Shown: positions 10,133 to 20,538 of the stretch, one piece after another | Position numbering within the stretch: position 1 is the first letter of the stretch | How the letters are laid out: each line of letters begins with the position of its first letter | Origin: an uncultured Verrucomicrobiota bacterium | GTDB taxonomy: Bacteria > Verrucomicrobiota > Kiritimatiellia > JAAZAB01 | Direction of reading: 5' to 3' | Assembly (NCBI GenBank): GCA_964463985.1 | Contig: CAYXEK010000009.1 | Coordinates: 572-64,571 of the forward strand | DNA length: 64,000 bases | Made by a program: the position numbers and the translations under genes | Notes under the pieces: generated by a model | Seen by the model: only the letters and a program-made list of their open reading frames with translations | Database searches by the model: none | What the model was told of the DNA's origin: nothing

Positions 10133-11988
10133 AGCAGCGCGTCAGAATTGCGGTTATCGCCGACTTGCACCGCCAATCATACGATCCCGGCGGCGCCGCC
10201 CAACGCCAGGGATACTTCGCCGATGTTTTCCTGCTGCGGACCGTCCGCCGCCTTAACCGGTTCATACGGCCCGATGTCACCCTGGCCCTGGGCGACCTCG
10301 TGGATGAACCCGGCTCTGCCGGCAATGAAGCATATCTGGACGGGCTGCGGCGGATACTGGAACTGCTGGAATCGCCCTGCATCGTCCTGCCCGGCAATCA
10401 CGATCCGGCGCCGGATCTGTTCTACCGGATCATGCCCCGCCCGCCGGAGCGCCTTGACGTCAAAGGCGTCCGGTTCCTGCCGTTTGCCGATCTGCAAACC
10501 GAAGGATACAACGCCCGACGCAGCGCGCCGGATATTGCGCGGTTTGCCGCTGCGCGCCGGGATTTCGACGGCCCGATTGTGACCGTCCAGCATGTGCCGC
10601 TTTTCCCCCCCGGCCGGTCGGACTGCCCCTACAACTACACCAACGCGCCGGAAATCATCGCCGCCATGCGCGCCCATGGCGTCAACTTTACCATCAGTGG
10701 CCATTACCACAAGGGGCTGGAACTGGAGGATTCCGGCATGTCTTTTATTGCCTCGCCGGCGTTATGCGAGGCGCCCTTCCAATTCCTGGCGGCGGACATG
10801 CATGACGGCCTGATTGATATCACCCGTCATGCGCTGGCCAATCCCGCGGAACTGGGCCTGACAGATTTCCACGTGCATACGCCTTATGCCTACTGCAACG
10901 AAAACATGGATGTCTGCCGGTCGCTGAAGCTTGGCAAGCTGTTCGGATTGAAACACATGGTGTTCACCGAACATTCCGGCCATTTATACTTCGATAAAAG
11001 CGATTACTGGTCGGGTAATTTTTTGCGCGGTGCGGCGCCGCTGCCGCACGACCGTGTGTCGGATTGTTTTACGGACACCGCGCGGCTGGACCCGTCCTTC
11101 GCCGCCGCCGCCATGGAACTGGACTGCGGCCTGGACGGTCTGCCGGTCGTCCATCCCGCGCATTTGCAATCCATGCGCCTGCCGATCGGCGCCGTGCATT
11201 TTTTGCCCGGCCTGCCGGCCCCGCAGCCCGATCCGGCAAAGTTGCAGGATGAATTTCTGGGCATGCTCAACCGGTTTCTGCGTTCCGGCATCGTCAGCCT
11301 GGCGCATCCGCTGCGCATATTCCAGAAAAACCGCCTGCCGCCCCCGGTTGCCATATATCCGCAATTGGTAAAACTATTACGGGAGAACCAGGTGGCCGCC
11401 GAACTGAATTTTCACACCAATAATCCGGCGCCTGAGTTTTTCCGGATGTGCATCGCGCAAGGCGTAAAAATTACATTTGGCAGCGATGCGCACAACCTGT
11501 ATGAAATCGGCGAGTTCTACCCCCACCTGCGGTTCCTGCGGGAAGACTGCGGCTATGACGGCGATCTGTCCGACATCCTGCTGCAGTTTACGGAGGCTGC
11601 CAGACAGCCGCTGCAACCCCAGCCGGCATCGCAAAATAGCCCGTCATGGTTGATCCCTGAAATATCCGGCTTTTCCGGTTTTCAGGATGCCAGACAATCC
11701 GTTATCAGCTTGACGCACCGGTCCGGCGCCTCGGCCAGGCTCAAGTGCGCCGCCGGCAGGACCGCGAATTGCGCCCGCGGCAGTTGCGCCGCCAGTTCCC
11801 GCGCATCCTCCGGCGGCGCCAGGAGGTCCTCGGCCCCGGCAATGACCAGCGCCGGCGGACGGATTTCCGCCAGCCAGCCCCGGACGTCAAAGGCAACCAT
11901 GGCCTCCAGTTGCCGCTCGAAATCCTCTGCGGTCTGCGCCGCCGGCAGCGCGGCCACGGCATCCATCAGCGCCTGCGCCCGGGATTGA
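10129..11988 (+). CDS. bifunctional phosphoesterase: N-terminal calcineurin-like metallophosphoesterase (Icc/CpdA class-III phosphodiesterase motif set) fused to a C-terminal PHP domain
   Basis: The metallophosphoesterase motifs run in canonical order: 'IADLH', 'GDLVD', 'GNHD', 'VQHVPL', 'GHYH'. The PHP motifs follow: 'DFHVHTPY', 'FTEHSGH', 'GSDAHN'. The frame stays open for about 140 codons past the PHP domain, antisense to the neighbouring hydrolase. Confidence 0.65.
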   Translation: MKQRVRIAVIADLHRQSYDPGGAAQRQGYFADVFLLRTVRRLNRFIRPDVTLALGDLVDEPGSAGNEAYLDGLRRILELLESPCIVLPGNHDPAPDLFYRIMPRPPERLDVKGVRFLPFADLQTEGYNARRSAPDIARFAAARRDFDGPIVTVQHVPLFPPGRSDCPYNYTNAPEIIAAMRAHGVNFTISGHYHKGLELEDSGMSFIASPALCEAPFQFLAADMHDGLIDITRHALANPAELGLTDFHVHTPYAYCNENMDVCRSLKLGKLFGLKHMVFTEHSGHLYFDKSDYWSGNFLRGAAPLPHDRVSDCFTDTARLDPSFAAAAMELDCGLDGLPVVHPAHLQSMRLPIGAVHFLPGLPAPQPDPAKLQDEFLGMLNRFLRSGIVSLAHPLRIFQKNRLPPPVAIYPQLVKLLRENQVAAELNFHTNNPAPEFFRMCIAQGVKITFGSDAHNLYEIGEFYPHLRFLREDCGYDGDLSDILLQFTEAARQPLQPQPASQNSPSWLIPEISGFSGFQDARQSVISLTHRSGASARLKCAAGRTANCARGSCAASSRASSGGARRSSAPAMTSAGGRISASQPRTSKATMASSCRSKSSAVCAAGSAATASISACARD

Positions 11989-12473
11989 TCCGCCAGCCAG
12001 GCCTCGGAAAACAACCAGGGCATGATCACCGGGAAGAGCCGCCCGGCGGAAATCCCGGCGCGCCATAGACGCGCATTGGTGCGGAAAACAAATTCGCTGC
12101 GCGCCCGCAGCCGGACGCAGGGATTGCATAAAATCAAACGCGCCACCCGCGCGGGATGCCGGCGGGCCGCGGCCAGGGCGATGGCGCAGCCCATGGAGTG
12201 CCCGGCCAGGCAGGCCTCGGACAAATCCAGGGCGTCCAGCAGGGCGCAGGTGTCATCCGCCAGGCGGTCAATGTCAAACGGCGCGGCCGGCGCGCGCGTC
12301 CGGCCGACGCCGCGGTTGTCGAAGACGATCACCCGGAATTTTTCCGCCAAAGGGCCGCGCACGGACGCCCAGGCGTCATGCGCCGCTCCCAGCCCCGCAA
12401 TGCAAACCAGCGGCGCGCCCTTTCCCTGCTCCTCGTAATAGATTTCCACGCTGCCGGCGGCAACCATTGGCAT
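11682..12473 (-). CDS. alpha/beta-fold hydrolase (esterase/lipase-type)
   Basis: Nucleophile elbow 'GHSMG', an HGxxx-like 'LVCIAGLGAAHDAW' region, and a C-terminal His in 'AAHLSLAE'. Confidence 0.75.
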   Translation of the reverse strand: MPMVAAGSVEIYYEEQGKGAPLVCIAGLGAAHDAWASVRGPLAEKFRVIVFDNRGVGRTRAPAAPFDIDRLADDTCALLDALDLSEACLAGHSMGCAIALAAARRHPARVARLILCNPCVRLRARSEFVFRTNARLWRAGISAGRLFPVIMPWLFSEAWLADQSRAQALMDAVAALPAAQTAEDFERQLEAMVAFDVRGWLAEIRPPALVIAGAEDLLAPPEDARELAAQLPRAQFAVLPAAHLSLAEAPDRCVKLITDCLAS

Positions 12474-12641
12474 GCTGCACCTCCCAATTCAATAATCGAG
12501 TTCGGAAACCGGAATATTCTCACACGAAGCCGCCCGGACACCAAGCAAAAAACCTTCAGACAATGGTGGAACTCGGCGTTGGTTTATGCTACATTGAAAC
12601 AGTATTCGGCATAAACGGACCGCCGGTCGGAAAGTCTACAT

Positions 12642-13970
12642 ATGTGGTTTGTATATAATTGCGTTTTTACGCTGGTTTACCTCCTGATGCTCCCGTATTT
12701 CCTCCGGCGCATGTGGCGCCGGGGCGGCTACCGCCGCGGCTTCCTCCAGCGCTTCGGCCGCTATGACGCCGCCACCCGCGCACAGCTTGACGCCCTGCCG
12801 CCGGCGCAGCGCGTCTGGGTGCATGCCGTCAGCGTTGGCGAAATCCGCGCGGCGCTTGATTTCATGGAGACCTTGCGGCGCTTGCGTCCGGAGTTGCGCT
12901 TCATCCTCACCACCACCACGTCCACCGGCCACGCGCTGGCGCGCAGTCATCTGGATGCGCGCGATTTGTTGCTGTATTACCCGGCCGACTTCCCGGCAAT
13001 AGTGCGCCTGGCGGTTAACCAGCTGCAGCCGCGGATACTGGTGCTGGTGGACGGCGAATTCTGGCCCAACCTGCTGCGCACGCTGCATGCCCGGCGCATT
13101 CCCACCGCACTGATCAACGGCCGGGTCTCCGAACGTTCATTCCGCGGCTACCGGCGTATACGCCGATGGGTGGCGCCGGTGCTGGCCGGCCTGGATTTCT
13201 GCGGGATGCAAAGCCGGAAGGACGCCGAACGGCTGACGGCCCTGGGCGCCGACCCGGCCCGGGTGCATGTCCTGGGTTCGGCCAAGTACGATGTTGCGCT
13301 GGCCGCGCGCCGCGCGCATGACGGCGCAGACGCGCTCCGAAAGTTGCAGGCCACAGGCTTCCCGGGGGATTTACGCTTCCTGGTGGGCGGTTCAACCTGG
13401 CCGGGCGAGGAAACGATCCTGCTGGAAACATTCCAACGCCTGCATGCTCAGGATCCGGCCGCGCGCCTGATCCTGGCGCCGCGCCACATGGAACGCGCCG
13501 CCGCCGTCCTGGAAGACATCCAGCACGCCGGCTTGCAGGCCGAGCGGTGGAGCCATTGGCGGAACCTGCCGGAAGCGGCAGCCGCCCCCGCTGCCGCCGG
13601 ATCCGGCGGCAAAGTTTTGCTGGTGGACACTACCGGCGATCTGCCTGATTTTTACGCTTTGGCGGAAGTGATTTTCGTCGGCAAAAGCCTCTGCCATCAC
13701 GGCGGCCAAAACGTGGTCGAACCGGCGGCCTTCGGCAAAACCGTCATAACCGGACCGCACATGGAAAACTTCGCCGGCGTCATGGAAGATTTGCTGGCCG
13801 CGGATGCCGTGATCCAGGTGCGCGACCGCCGGGAACTGGAAGCCGAACTGCTGCGTTTGTGGAGCAATCCGCAATTGCGCCGGCAATACGGCGAACGGGC
13901 CCGGCAACTGGTGGAATCCAAATCCGGCGCGGCGGCGGCCAGCGCCGCGCGGGTGTGTGAATTGCTTTGA
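12642..13970 (+). CDS. kdtA: 3-deoxy-D-manno-octulosonic acid (Kdo) transferase, GT30
   Basis: The N-terminal membrane anchor, 'VWVHAVSVGE' and the 'FILTTTTSTGH' region are characteristic of WaaA/KdtA. Confidence 0.8.
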   Translation: MWFVYNCVFTLVYLLMLPYFLRRMWRRGGYRRGFLQRFGRYDAATRAQLDALPPAQRVWVHAVSVGEIRAALDFMETLRRLRPELRFILTTTTSTGHALARSHLDARDLLLYYPADFPAIVRLAVNQLQPRILVLVDGEFWPNLLRTLHARRIPTALINGRVSERSFRGYRRIRRWVAPVLAGLDFCGMQSRKDAERLTALGADPARVHVLGSAKYDVALAARRAHDGADALRKLQATGFPGDLRFLVGGSTWPGEETILLETFQRLHAQDPAARLILAPRHMERAAAVLEDIQHAGLQAERWSHWRNLPEAAAAPAAAGSGGKVLLVDTTGDLPDFYALAEVIFVGKSLCHHGGQNVVEPAAFGKTVITGPHMENFAGVMEDLLAADAVIQVRDRRELEAELLRLWSNPQLRRQYGERARQLVESKSGAAAASAARVCELL

Positions 13971-13990
13971 TTTTTAGGGAGAAATCTAAT

Positions 13991-15274
13991 ATGAAAATCC
14001 TGATTGTCGGCGGCGGCGGCCGCGAACATGCCCTGGCCTGGAAACTTGCCCGCGACAGCGCGCGGCCGGAAATTTTCTGCGCGCCGGGCAATGCCGGCAC
14101 GGCCGCGCTGGGTGAAAATCTCGCCATCCCGGCCGAAGATCTGCCGGCCTTGTCTGCCTGGGCGCGCCGCTCGCGGCCGGAACTGACAATCGTCGGCCCG
14201 GAAGTTCCCCTCTGCGCCGGCCTGGCGGATGATCTGCAATCCGCCGGCCTGCGCGTTTTCGGCCCCGTCCGGAACGCCGCCCGTCTGGAAGGCAGCAAAC
14301 TGTTTGCCAAGGATATCCTCGCCGCCGCCGGCGTCCCCACGGCCGCGGCCCAAGTTTTCTCCAATCCGGCGGCGGCCAAGTCCTACCTGCGCGATGCACG
14401 GCTGCCGCTGGTAATTAAGGCCGACGGCCTGGCGGCGGGCAAAGGCGTGCTGATCTGCCAAACCGCCGCCGAAGCCGAAGCGGCCGTGGAAACCGCCATG
14501 GTGCGCAAGGAATTCGGCGCGGCGGGAAGCCGGGTGCTGATCGAGGAATGCCTGACCGGCAACGAAATCTCCGTCCTCGCGCTGGTGGACGGCCGGCACG
14601 CCCTGCTGCTGCCGCCCGCCCAGGACCACAAGCGCATCGGCGACGGCGACCGCGGCAAGAACACCGGCGGCATGGGCGCCTACTCGCCCGCACCGTGGGA
14701 TACCCCGGACTTCCGCGCCATGGTGCTGGACACCATCTTTAACCCCACCCTGCGTGAATTGAACCGCCGCGGCATTGAGTACCGGGGCGTATTGTACGCA
14801 GGGCTGATGCTGACACCCGGCGGACCCCGGGTGCTGGAATTCAATTGCCGGTTCGGCGACCCGGAAACCCAGGCCATCCTGCCGCGGCTGCAGTCAGACC
14901 TGCTCCCCGCCCTCAAGGCCTGCTGCGCCGGCGGGCTGGAAGAAAACCTGCTCGAAGTCAAGCCGGACGCCTGCGCTTGCGTTGTGCTCGCCGCCGCAGG
15001 CTACCCTGACCAGTACCGCAAGGGCGATGCGATTGCCGGGCTGGAAGCGGCGGCAGCCTTGCCCGACACCTTCATTTTCCATGCCGGAGTCAAACTCGCG
15101 GCCGGCCGGCCGGTGACCAATGGCGGACGGGTGCTTAACGTGTCCGCGCTGGGCAATGATCTGCCGGCGGCCGTGGCGAAGGCTTACCGCGCGGCGCGGC
15201 TGATCAAGTTTGACGGTGTTTACATGCGAAATGACATTGGCGCGCGGGGATTGAAAGACGGGGTAACAAGTTAA
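13991..15274 (+). CDS. purD: phosphoribosylamine--glycine ligase
   Basis: 'MKILIVGGGGREHALAWKLA' N-terminus and an ATP-grasp domain. An RBS 'agggag' lies upstream of ATG 13991. Confidence 0.9.
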   Translation: MKILIVGGGGREHALAWKLARDSARPEIFCAPGNAGTAALGENLAIPAEDLPALSAWARRSRPELTIVGPEVPLCAGLADDLQSAGLRVFGPVRNAARLEGSKLFAKDILAAAGVPTAAAQVFSNPAAAKSYLRDARLPLVIKADGLAAGKGVLICQTAAEAEAAVETAMVRKEFGAAGSRVLIEECLTGNEISVLALVDGRHALLLPPAQDHKRIGDGDRGKNTGGMGAYSPAPWDTPDFRAMVLDTIFNPTLRELNRRGIEYRGVLYAGLMLTPGGPRVLEFNCRFGDPETQAILPRLQSDLLPALKACCAGGLEENLLEVKPDACACVVLAAAGYPDQYRKGDAIAGLEAAAALPDTFIFHAGVKLAAGRPVTNGGRVLNVSALGNDLPAAVAKAYRAARLIKFDGVYMRNDIGARGLKDGVTS

Positions 15275-15305
15275 GCACCGCGGCGGAGTAAAGGAAAATA
15301 CAACC

Positions 15306-15827
15306 ATGAAAACTAAGCAGAAACCAGCCGTCGCAGTAGTCATGGGCAGCGATTCGGATTGGCCGGCCATGCAGCCGGCCGTCAAAACACTGGCGGATTT
15401 CGGCATAACCTGCGAGGCGCACGTGATGTCCGCCCATCGCACGCCGCAGCGTGCGGCGGAATTCGCGGAAAACGCCGCGCGCCGCGGATTGCAGGTCATC
15501 ATCGCCGCCGCGGGCGGAGCGGCCCACCTGGCGGGCGTACTGGCGGCGCATACCACGCTGCCGGTTATCGGCGTGCCGATGAAAGGCGGAGCATTGGAAG
15601 GCTTGGACGCCTTGCTGGCTACCGTGCAAATGCCCGCCGGCGTCCCGGTGGCCACGGTCGCCCTTGGCTCGGCCGGCCCGGTGAATGCCGCCATCCTGGC
15701 GGCGCAGATGCTGGGCTTGTCCCGGCCGGGACTGGCGGCGGCGCTGCGGCGCCACAAACAAAAACTCGCCGCCAAGGTGCAACTGGCGGACCGGCGCATA
15801 CAGGCCGGGATGGAGGCGCAGGCATGA
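15306..15827 (+). CDS. purE: N5-carboxyaminoimidazole ribonucleotide mutase
   Basis: 'VAVVMGSDSDWPAM' and 'AAGGAAHLAGVLAAHTTLPVIGVP' are PurE signatures. Confidence 0.9.
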   Translation: MKTKQKPAVAVVMGSDSDWPAMQPAVKTLADFGITCEAHVMSAHRTPQRAAEFAENAARRGLQVIIAAAGGAAHLAGVLAAHTTLPVIGVPMKGGALEGLDALLATVQMPAGVPVATVALGSAGPVNAAILAAQMLGLSRPGLAAALRRHKQKLAAKVQLADRRIQAGMEAQA

Positions 15828-17179
15828 AAATTTTTGTATGGCGCATTTGTATTTCCCTGTTGGTCGCGGGATTGGCGGCTGGGGCGGTAGCGGAAGCGGA
15901 ACAGGCGCCCGTTAACCACGCAAAAATTACCGCGGATTTTTCCAGTTTGCTTACCCTGCTGGACGCGCAAGGCGCGCTTGATGCCGGACAACTGGCTGAA
16001 CGCCTGCCGCTGGCCGTCTGCCAGGCCATTGACCCCGGCGCCGTCATCCTTGACGCAGCTGCGGCGGAACGCCGCCGGGAGGAAGAGTCAGGCATATTCT
16101 ACGGCATCGGCGTTAAACTGGAAATCCGCGATCAGCGGCCGCGGGTGCTGCAGGCGCTGCCCGATGGTCCGGCCGCCGCCGCCGGCCTGCCGGCCGGCGC
16201 GATCATTGAAAAAATTGACGGCGCCGACACTCTGAACCTGCCGCTGGCGGATGTAGTCGCCCGCTTGCACGGACCCCAGGGCCAGCCCGTAACGCTGGCA
16301 TACCGCCTTCCACCCGCCGGAAATCAAGCTGCGCCGCCAACAAATATTCCGCCTCCCGCGGCGGAATTGCCGGACGCAGGCGGCGGCCGGGATGCGGATC
16401 CCGGAAAACCGGCGCCGCCCGCCGCGCCGGAAAGCCATACCCTCCAATTAACGCGGTCGCTGATGCATATGCCGATGACCGGAACGACGGAGGAATGGCC
16501 GATGCAACTGGCTTACATGAAGATTAACGGCATTTACGACGGCTCCGGAGAATATTCCGTCCGTCAATTGCAGGAGTGGGCCACCCAGAATGTCGCCGGG
16601 GTCATCCTCGACCTGCGCGGCGCCGATGGCGCCGATCTGCCTTCCGTCGCAGAGATAAGCTCGCTGCTTTCCACCAATGGGCAACCGCTTTTCCGCGTTC
16701 TGGCCGGACGCAATCGTGCAGCCGTCACGCACTCCGCCAATCACGCGCATACCTTACCCATGCCGGTGATGGCTTTGATTGACGCCGATACCCGTGGAGC
16801 CGCCGCCTGGCTGGCGGCCGTTTTACGGAATTGCCGCGGCGCAATGCTGATCGGCTCGCCCTGTCCCCAAGACCTCGCGGTGCGCACGCCCGTGCCGCTG
16901 CCGGATGGCCGCGTTCTTTTCATCGCCACGCAAAAAATCGAATTGCTGCCCGCCGCAGCCACACCGACTACGCTCATGCCGGATGTCCAAATCCCAGCCG
17001 GCGCCAGCCTGCCGGCGCCATCCGCAGAGGAAAAGCCCGATGCTGATATCTTTAAGGAAATCACCGACCAGGAACGCCAGGAGCGCGCCCTGACGGAACG
17101 CATCGGCCGGGATGCCGCGCTGCGCCGGGCGGCGGACATCCTCCTGGGACTGAAAGCCCTTGGCATCCACGCGAGATGA
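15824..17179 (+). CDS. ctp: carboxyl-terminal processing protease (S41 family) with a PDZ domain and signal peptide
   Basis: The true start, ATG 15824, overlaps the purE stop in ATGA. The track ORF from 15359 is an artefactual 5' extension in another purE frame. The signal peptide is 'MKIFVWRICISLLVAGLAAGA'. A PDZ region and an S41 core are present. Confidence 0.75.
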   Translation: MKIFVWRICISLLVAGLAAGAVAEAEQAPVNHAKITADFSSLLTLLDAQGALDAGQLAERLPLAVCQAIDPGAVILDAAAAERRREEESGIFYGIGVKLEIRDQRPRVLQALPDGPAAAAGLPAGAIIEKIDGADTLNLPLADVVARLHGPQGQPVTLAYRLPPAGNQAAPPTNIPPPAAELPDAGGGRDADPGKPAPPAAPESHTLQLTRSLMHMPMTGTTEEWPMQLAYMKINGIYDGSGEYSVRQLQEWATQNVAGVILDLRGADGADLPSVAEISSLLSTNGQPLFRVLAGRNRAAVTHSANHAHTLPMPVMALIDADTRGAAAWLAAVLRNCRGAMLIGSPCPQDLAVRTPVPLPDGRVLFIATQKIELLPAAATPTTLMPDVQIPAGASLPAPSAEEKPDADIFKEITDQERQERALTERIGRDAALRRAADILLGLKALGIHAR

Positions 17180-17272
17180 TTTGCCGGCTGATCGGCGCAA
17201 CTGCTTGTCCTGCGTAGTCTGACGAAGCAGGATGTTGCGCTTCCCATCCGGATGCCGAAAGCAGTTCGTCCG

Positions 17273-19588
17273 CTACAGGCGCGCCGGATTGGATAATCTT
17301 CCGCCCCGCCGCCGCAGCCGCAATGAATTGAACACGACGGTGATGGAACTGCAAGCCATGGCGATTTCCGCCAGGACGGGATGCATCATGCCCAACATCG
17401 CCAGCGGCAGCATGACCAGGTTGTAAATAAACGCCCAGAACAAATTCTGGCGGATAGTGGCGAAAGTCGCCCGGCTCAACGCCACGGCCTCCACCACGGC
17501 CTCCAGTCCGCCCCGGACCAGCACAATGCCGCCGGCTTCGACCGCCACATCCGTCCCGGCGCCGATCGCCAGTCCGACATGGGCCTGGGCCAGGGCGGGT
17601 GCGTCGTTGATTCCGTCGCCCACCATGGCGACAATTTCCCCTTGCGCCTGCATCTGCTTCACGGCCGCGGCCTTGCCCGACGGCAATAACCGGGCAATGA
17701 CCCGGTCAATTCCCACCGCCCGCGCCACCGCCTGCGCGGTGCGTTCGTTATCCCCGGTCAACATGACCGGCGTCATGCCCAGGGCGCGCAAGACCGCCAC
17801 CGCCTCACGCCCGCCCGGTTTGATCGGATCGGAGACGGCCAGCACGCCGGCCGCGCGTCCGTCCACCGCCGCCACGACCGCGGTTTTCGCCTGGCTTTCC
17901 AGTTTCGCCAGAATCCGCTCCAGGCCAGCCGGCACGGGCACGCCCAACTCTTCCATCAACATGGGGCTGCCGACGGCCACCCGGCGCCCATCTGCCAACG
18001 CGCGGACGCCGCGCCCGGGCAAAGCCTTGAAATCCGATGCCGGCGCCGGAGTTATCCCGCGTTCCCGCGCCGCGGCGGCAATGGCCGCGCCGAGCGGATG
18101 CTCGGAGTTGGCCTCCGCACCGGCCGCCAGCCGCAATAATTCCAGTTCGTCCCATCCATCGCCGTACTTGAGATCAGTAAGGGCCGGCTTGCCGGCCGTT
18201 ATCGTGCCGGTTTTATCAAGCGCAATGATGGTCGCATTCCGCATAAGCTGGATGGCGGCGCCCTGGCGGATAAGAATGCCCCGCTCGGCGCCCAGACCCG
18301 ATCCGACCATCAGCGCCGTGGGCGTCGCCAGGCCCAGCGCGCAGGGGCATGCCGCCACCAGCACCGCGATTGCCGCATAGAGCGCCAGCGCAGCCGGCCC
18401 CATTTGCGGATTGACCCACGGCAAAAAGCGCGCCGTCCAGGCTGCGAGTTCGTTAAAGAAATCCGGCAAGAGCAGCCAGGCCGCCAGCGTCAGGACTGCC
18501 AGCAGCATCACCGCCGGCACAAACACCGCAGTAACCCGGTCGGCCAAAGCCTGCACGGGCACCTTGGACATCTGGGCTTCTTCAACCAGCCGGATAACCT
18601 GGCTGAGAAAAGTTTCCGCCCCGACCTTCTCGGCGCGGACGCGCAGGACGCCGTGCTGATTGATGGTGCCGCCGATCACCGGATCGCCTGGTGCTTTGCG
18701 CGCCGGCATGGGTTCGCCGGTGGCCAGCGATTCGTCCACGCTGCTCAGCCCGTCCACCACCGCGCCATCCGCCGGGATTTTCTCTCCCGGCCGGATTACC
18801 ATGACGTCGCCTTTCTGCAATTCGGCAATGGGTATGCGCCGCTCGACTCCGTCCCGCTCAACGCAGGCTTCCCTGGCTGCCTGTTCGGCCAGCCGGCGGA
18901 TGGCCTGGGAAGCTCGCCCGCGCGCCCGCGCCTCCAAATACCGGCCGGTAAGATGAAAAGCCATGATCATGCCGGCCGCGCCGGCAAAGCCATGCAAAGC
19001 CGGACCGCGCCCGTAATGGTGCGGCAGCGCCAGCCAGCCCGAACCCCAGGCCGCCAGCGTCCCCAGCGCAATCAGGGCATCCATGTTGGGCGCGCCGCGC
19101 CGAATGGTAAGCCATGCTCCGCGCAGTGTTTCCCGCCCCGGAACGAAAACAGCCAGGCCTGCCAGCGCCAGCATGCCCCAGGCATGCGGTAAATGGCCCA
19201 GCACCGGCCGCGCAAGCAGCATGTCCGCCAACATCCAAAGCATCAGCGGCAGCGTAAACAGCCAGGCCTGCAGCATGCGGCGGCGGGCATCCTCCAGCCG
19301 GCGGAGGTCGTCAGCCGCAGCATCGGCCGCGGCCGCCGCCGGAGCGGCGGCGTATCCCAGGCGCGCCACGGCCGCCGCCAGGTCCGGCAGACCCGCTTGT
19401 CCGGCGGCGTGTTCCACCCGCGCGGAGCCCAGGGTCAAGTTCACCGCGGCAGACTGCACGCCGGGCACCTGCTCCAGTGCCTTTTTTACAGCCTCGGCGC
19501 ATCCGGCGCAATGCATGCCGGCAATCCGCAATTTTGTGATTTGTGTCCGCATGACGGCATCATAAGCCTCGGGCGCGGCGCCAGTCAA
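17273..19588 (-). CDS. copA: copper-translocating P1B-type ATPase
   Basis: N-terminal HMA '[15 protein letters not shown]', 'CPC' in TM6, 'DKTGTIT' and 'GDGINDAP'. Confidence 0.9.
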   Translation of the reverse strand: MTGAAPEAYDAVMRTQITKLRIAGMHCAGCAEAVKKALEQVPGVQSAAVNLTLGSARVEHAAGQAGLPDLAAAVARLGYAAAPAAAAADAAADDLRRLEDARRRMLQAWLFTLPLMLWMLADMLLARPVLGHLPHAWGMLALAGLAVFVPGRETLRGAWLTIRRGAPNMDALIALGTLAAWGSGWLALPHHYGRGPALHGFAGAAGMIMAFHLTGRYLEARARGRASQAIRRLAEQAAREACVERDGVERRIPIAELQKGDVMVIRPGEKIPADGAVVDGLSSVDESLATGEPMPARKAPGDPVIGGTINQHGVLRVRAEKVGAETFLSQVIRLVEEAQMSKVPVQALADRVTAVFVPAVMLLAVLTLAAWLLLPDFFNELAAWTARFLPWVNPQMGPAALALYAAIAVLVAACPCALGLATPTALMVGSGLGAERGILIRQGAAIQLMRNATIIALDKTGTITAGKPALTDLKYGDGWDELELLRLAAGAEANSEHPLGAAIAAAARERGITPAPASDFKALPGRGVRALADGRRVAVGSPMLMEELGVPVPAGLERILAKLESQAKTAVVAAVDGRAAGVLAVSDPIKPGGREAVAVLRALGMTPVMLTGDNERTAQAVARAVGIDRVIARLLPSGKAAAVKQMQAQGEIVAMVGDGINDAPALAQAHVGLAIGAGTDVAVEAGGIVLVRGGLEAVVEAVALSRATFATIRQNLFWAFIYNLVMLPLAMLGMMHPVLAEIAMACSSITVVFNSLRLRRRGGRLSNPARL

Positions 19589-19710
19589 TCCGGAAAGATA
19601 TCCGGTGACAGCTCGCCGGGCCTCAGGCTTAGTCTTGCTCTTGCAAATCCGGATGGATATGCTATGTTGCCGGTATTTCCGCCATTCATGACAATTACGC
19701 AGGAACTTGT

Positions 19711-20526
19711 ATGCAAAACAGAATCGGCGTCCTGGCGCCGCTGCGGGGGGATGCCCCTTGCTTCAAAGAACTGAAAAACTACGGCGTGGATACCTGCCAA
19801 CTGGTCAGTTGGCAGCCCCCGCTCTGGACGATGGACCTGGCGCGCGCCGTGCGCGCAGAAGCCCGGGAACAAGGCATTTTAATCGCCGGCTTCTGGGCCG
19901 GCTACAGCGGCCCGGCGGAATGGAACTTCACCGCCGGCCCCCAGAGCCTCGGGCTGGTGCCGGCCGCCTACCGCAACCAGCGCACCGAGGAACTGATGCA
20001 GGCCGGCGAATTCGCGCGCGAATTGGGCGCGCCCGCCGTGATTACCCACTTGGGCTTCATTCCCGAAAACGCCGCGGACCCGTCCTTCAATGGAGTCGTG
20101 ATCGCCGTGCGCCAGATCGCCCGCCGCCTGCAGACCCTGGGCCTGGAGTTCTGGTTTGAAACCGGCCAGGAAACGCCCGTGACCCTGCTGCGCCTGATCC
20201 AGTCCGTTGGCGCGGACAACCTCGGCATCAACCTTGACCCGGCGAATTTGATCCTGTACGGCAAGGGCAACCCGATTGACGCGCTGGACGTCTTCGGCTC
20301 CTATGTGCGCAATATCCACGCCAAGGACGGTTTATATCCGACCGATCCGCTGAAACTGGGACGGGAGGTCAAGGTGGGCGAAGGACGCGTGCGGTTCCCG
20401 GAATTCGTCAAACGCCTGGCGGAAATCGGTTTCAAAGGGGAATTCATCATTGAGCGCGAAATCCGCGGCGAACAGCAGGCGCGCGACATCCTGGCGACTA
20501 TCGCCTACTTGAAGCAATTGCAGTGA
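19711..20526 (+). CDS. sugar phosphate isomerase/epimerase (xylose-isomerase-like TIM barrel)
   Basis: 271-aa ORF with an AP-endonuclease-2/xylose-isomerase-like fold pattern ('[10 protein letters not shown]', 'GINLDPANL'). Confidence 0.7.
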   Translation: MQNRIGVLAPLRGDAPCFKELKNYGVDTCQLVSWQPPLWTMDLARAVRAEAREQGILIAGFWAGYSGPAEWNFTAGPQSLGLVPAAYRNQRTEELMQAGEFARELGAPAVITHLGFIPENAADPSFNGVVIAVRQIARRLQTLGLEFWFETGQETPVTLLRLIQSVGADNLGINLDPANLILYGKGNPIDALDVFGSYVRNIHAKDGLYPTDPLKLGREVKVGEGRVRFPEFVKRLAEIGFKGEFIIEREIRGEQQARDILATIAYLKQLQ

Positions 20527-20538
20527 AATGGAGCACAT

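Noticed and set aside
10148-10710. Alternative-frame ORFs (144 aa plus-strand, 177 aa minus-strand) inside the MPE-PHP gene
   Set aside because: They overlap the frame that carries the ordered metallophosphoesterase motifs and have no features.
15359-15823. N-terminal 155-aa extension of the ctp ORF overlapping purE in another frame
   Set aside because: The real start is ATG 15824 (signal peptide, ATGA coupling with purE). The extension is Arg/Gly-rich junk.
13697-15991. Long minus-strand ORFs (310 aa and 365 aa) antisense to kdtA, purD and purE
   Set aside because: The sense strand encodes unmistakable conserved enzymes. The antisense translations are low-complexity.
17180-17272. Rho-independent terminator between the convergent ctp and copA genes
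   Set aside because: Only a 6-bp imperfect stem and no U-run, so it was not called.
18404-19192. 262-aa plus-strand ORF and several shorter ones inside copA
   Set aside because: They are antisense to the copA P-type ATPase with all canonical motifs. These are high-GC artefacts.
19589-19710. CueR/CsoR-type operator upstream of copA
   Set aside because: 'ccggaaagatatccgg' is not a true inverted repeat beyond the CCGG and GATATC self-palindromes. No convincing metal-regulator box was found.
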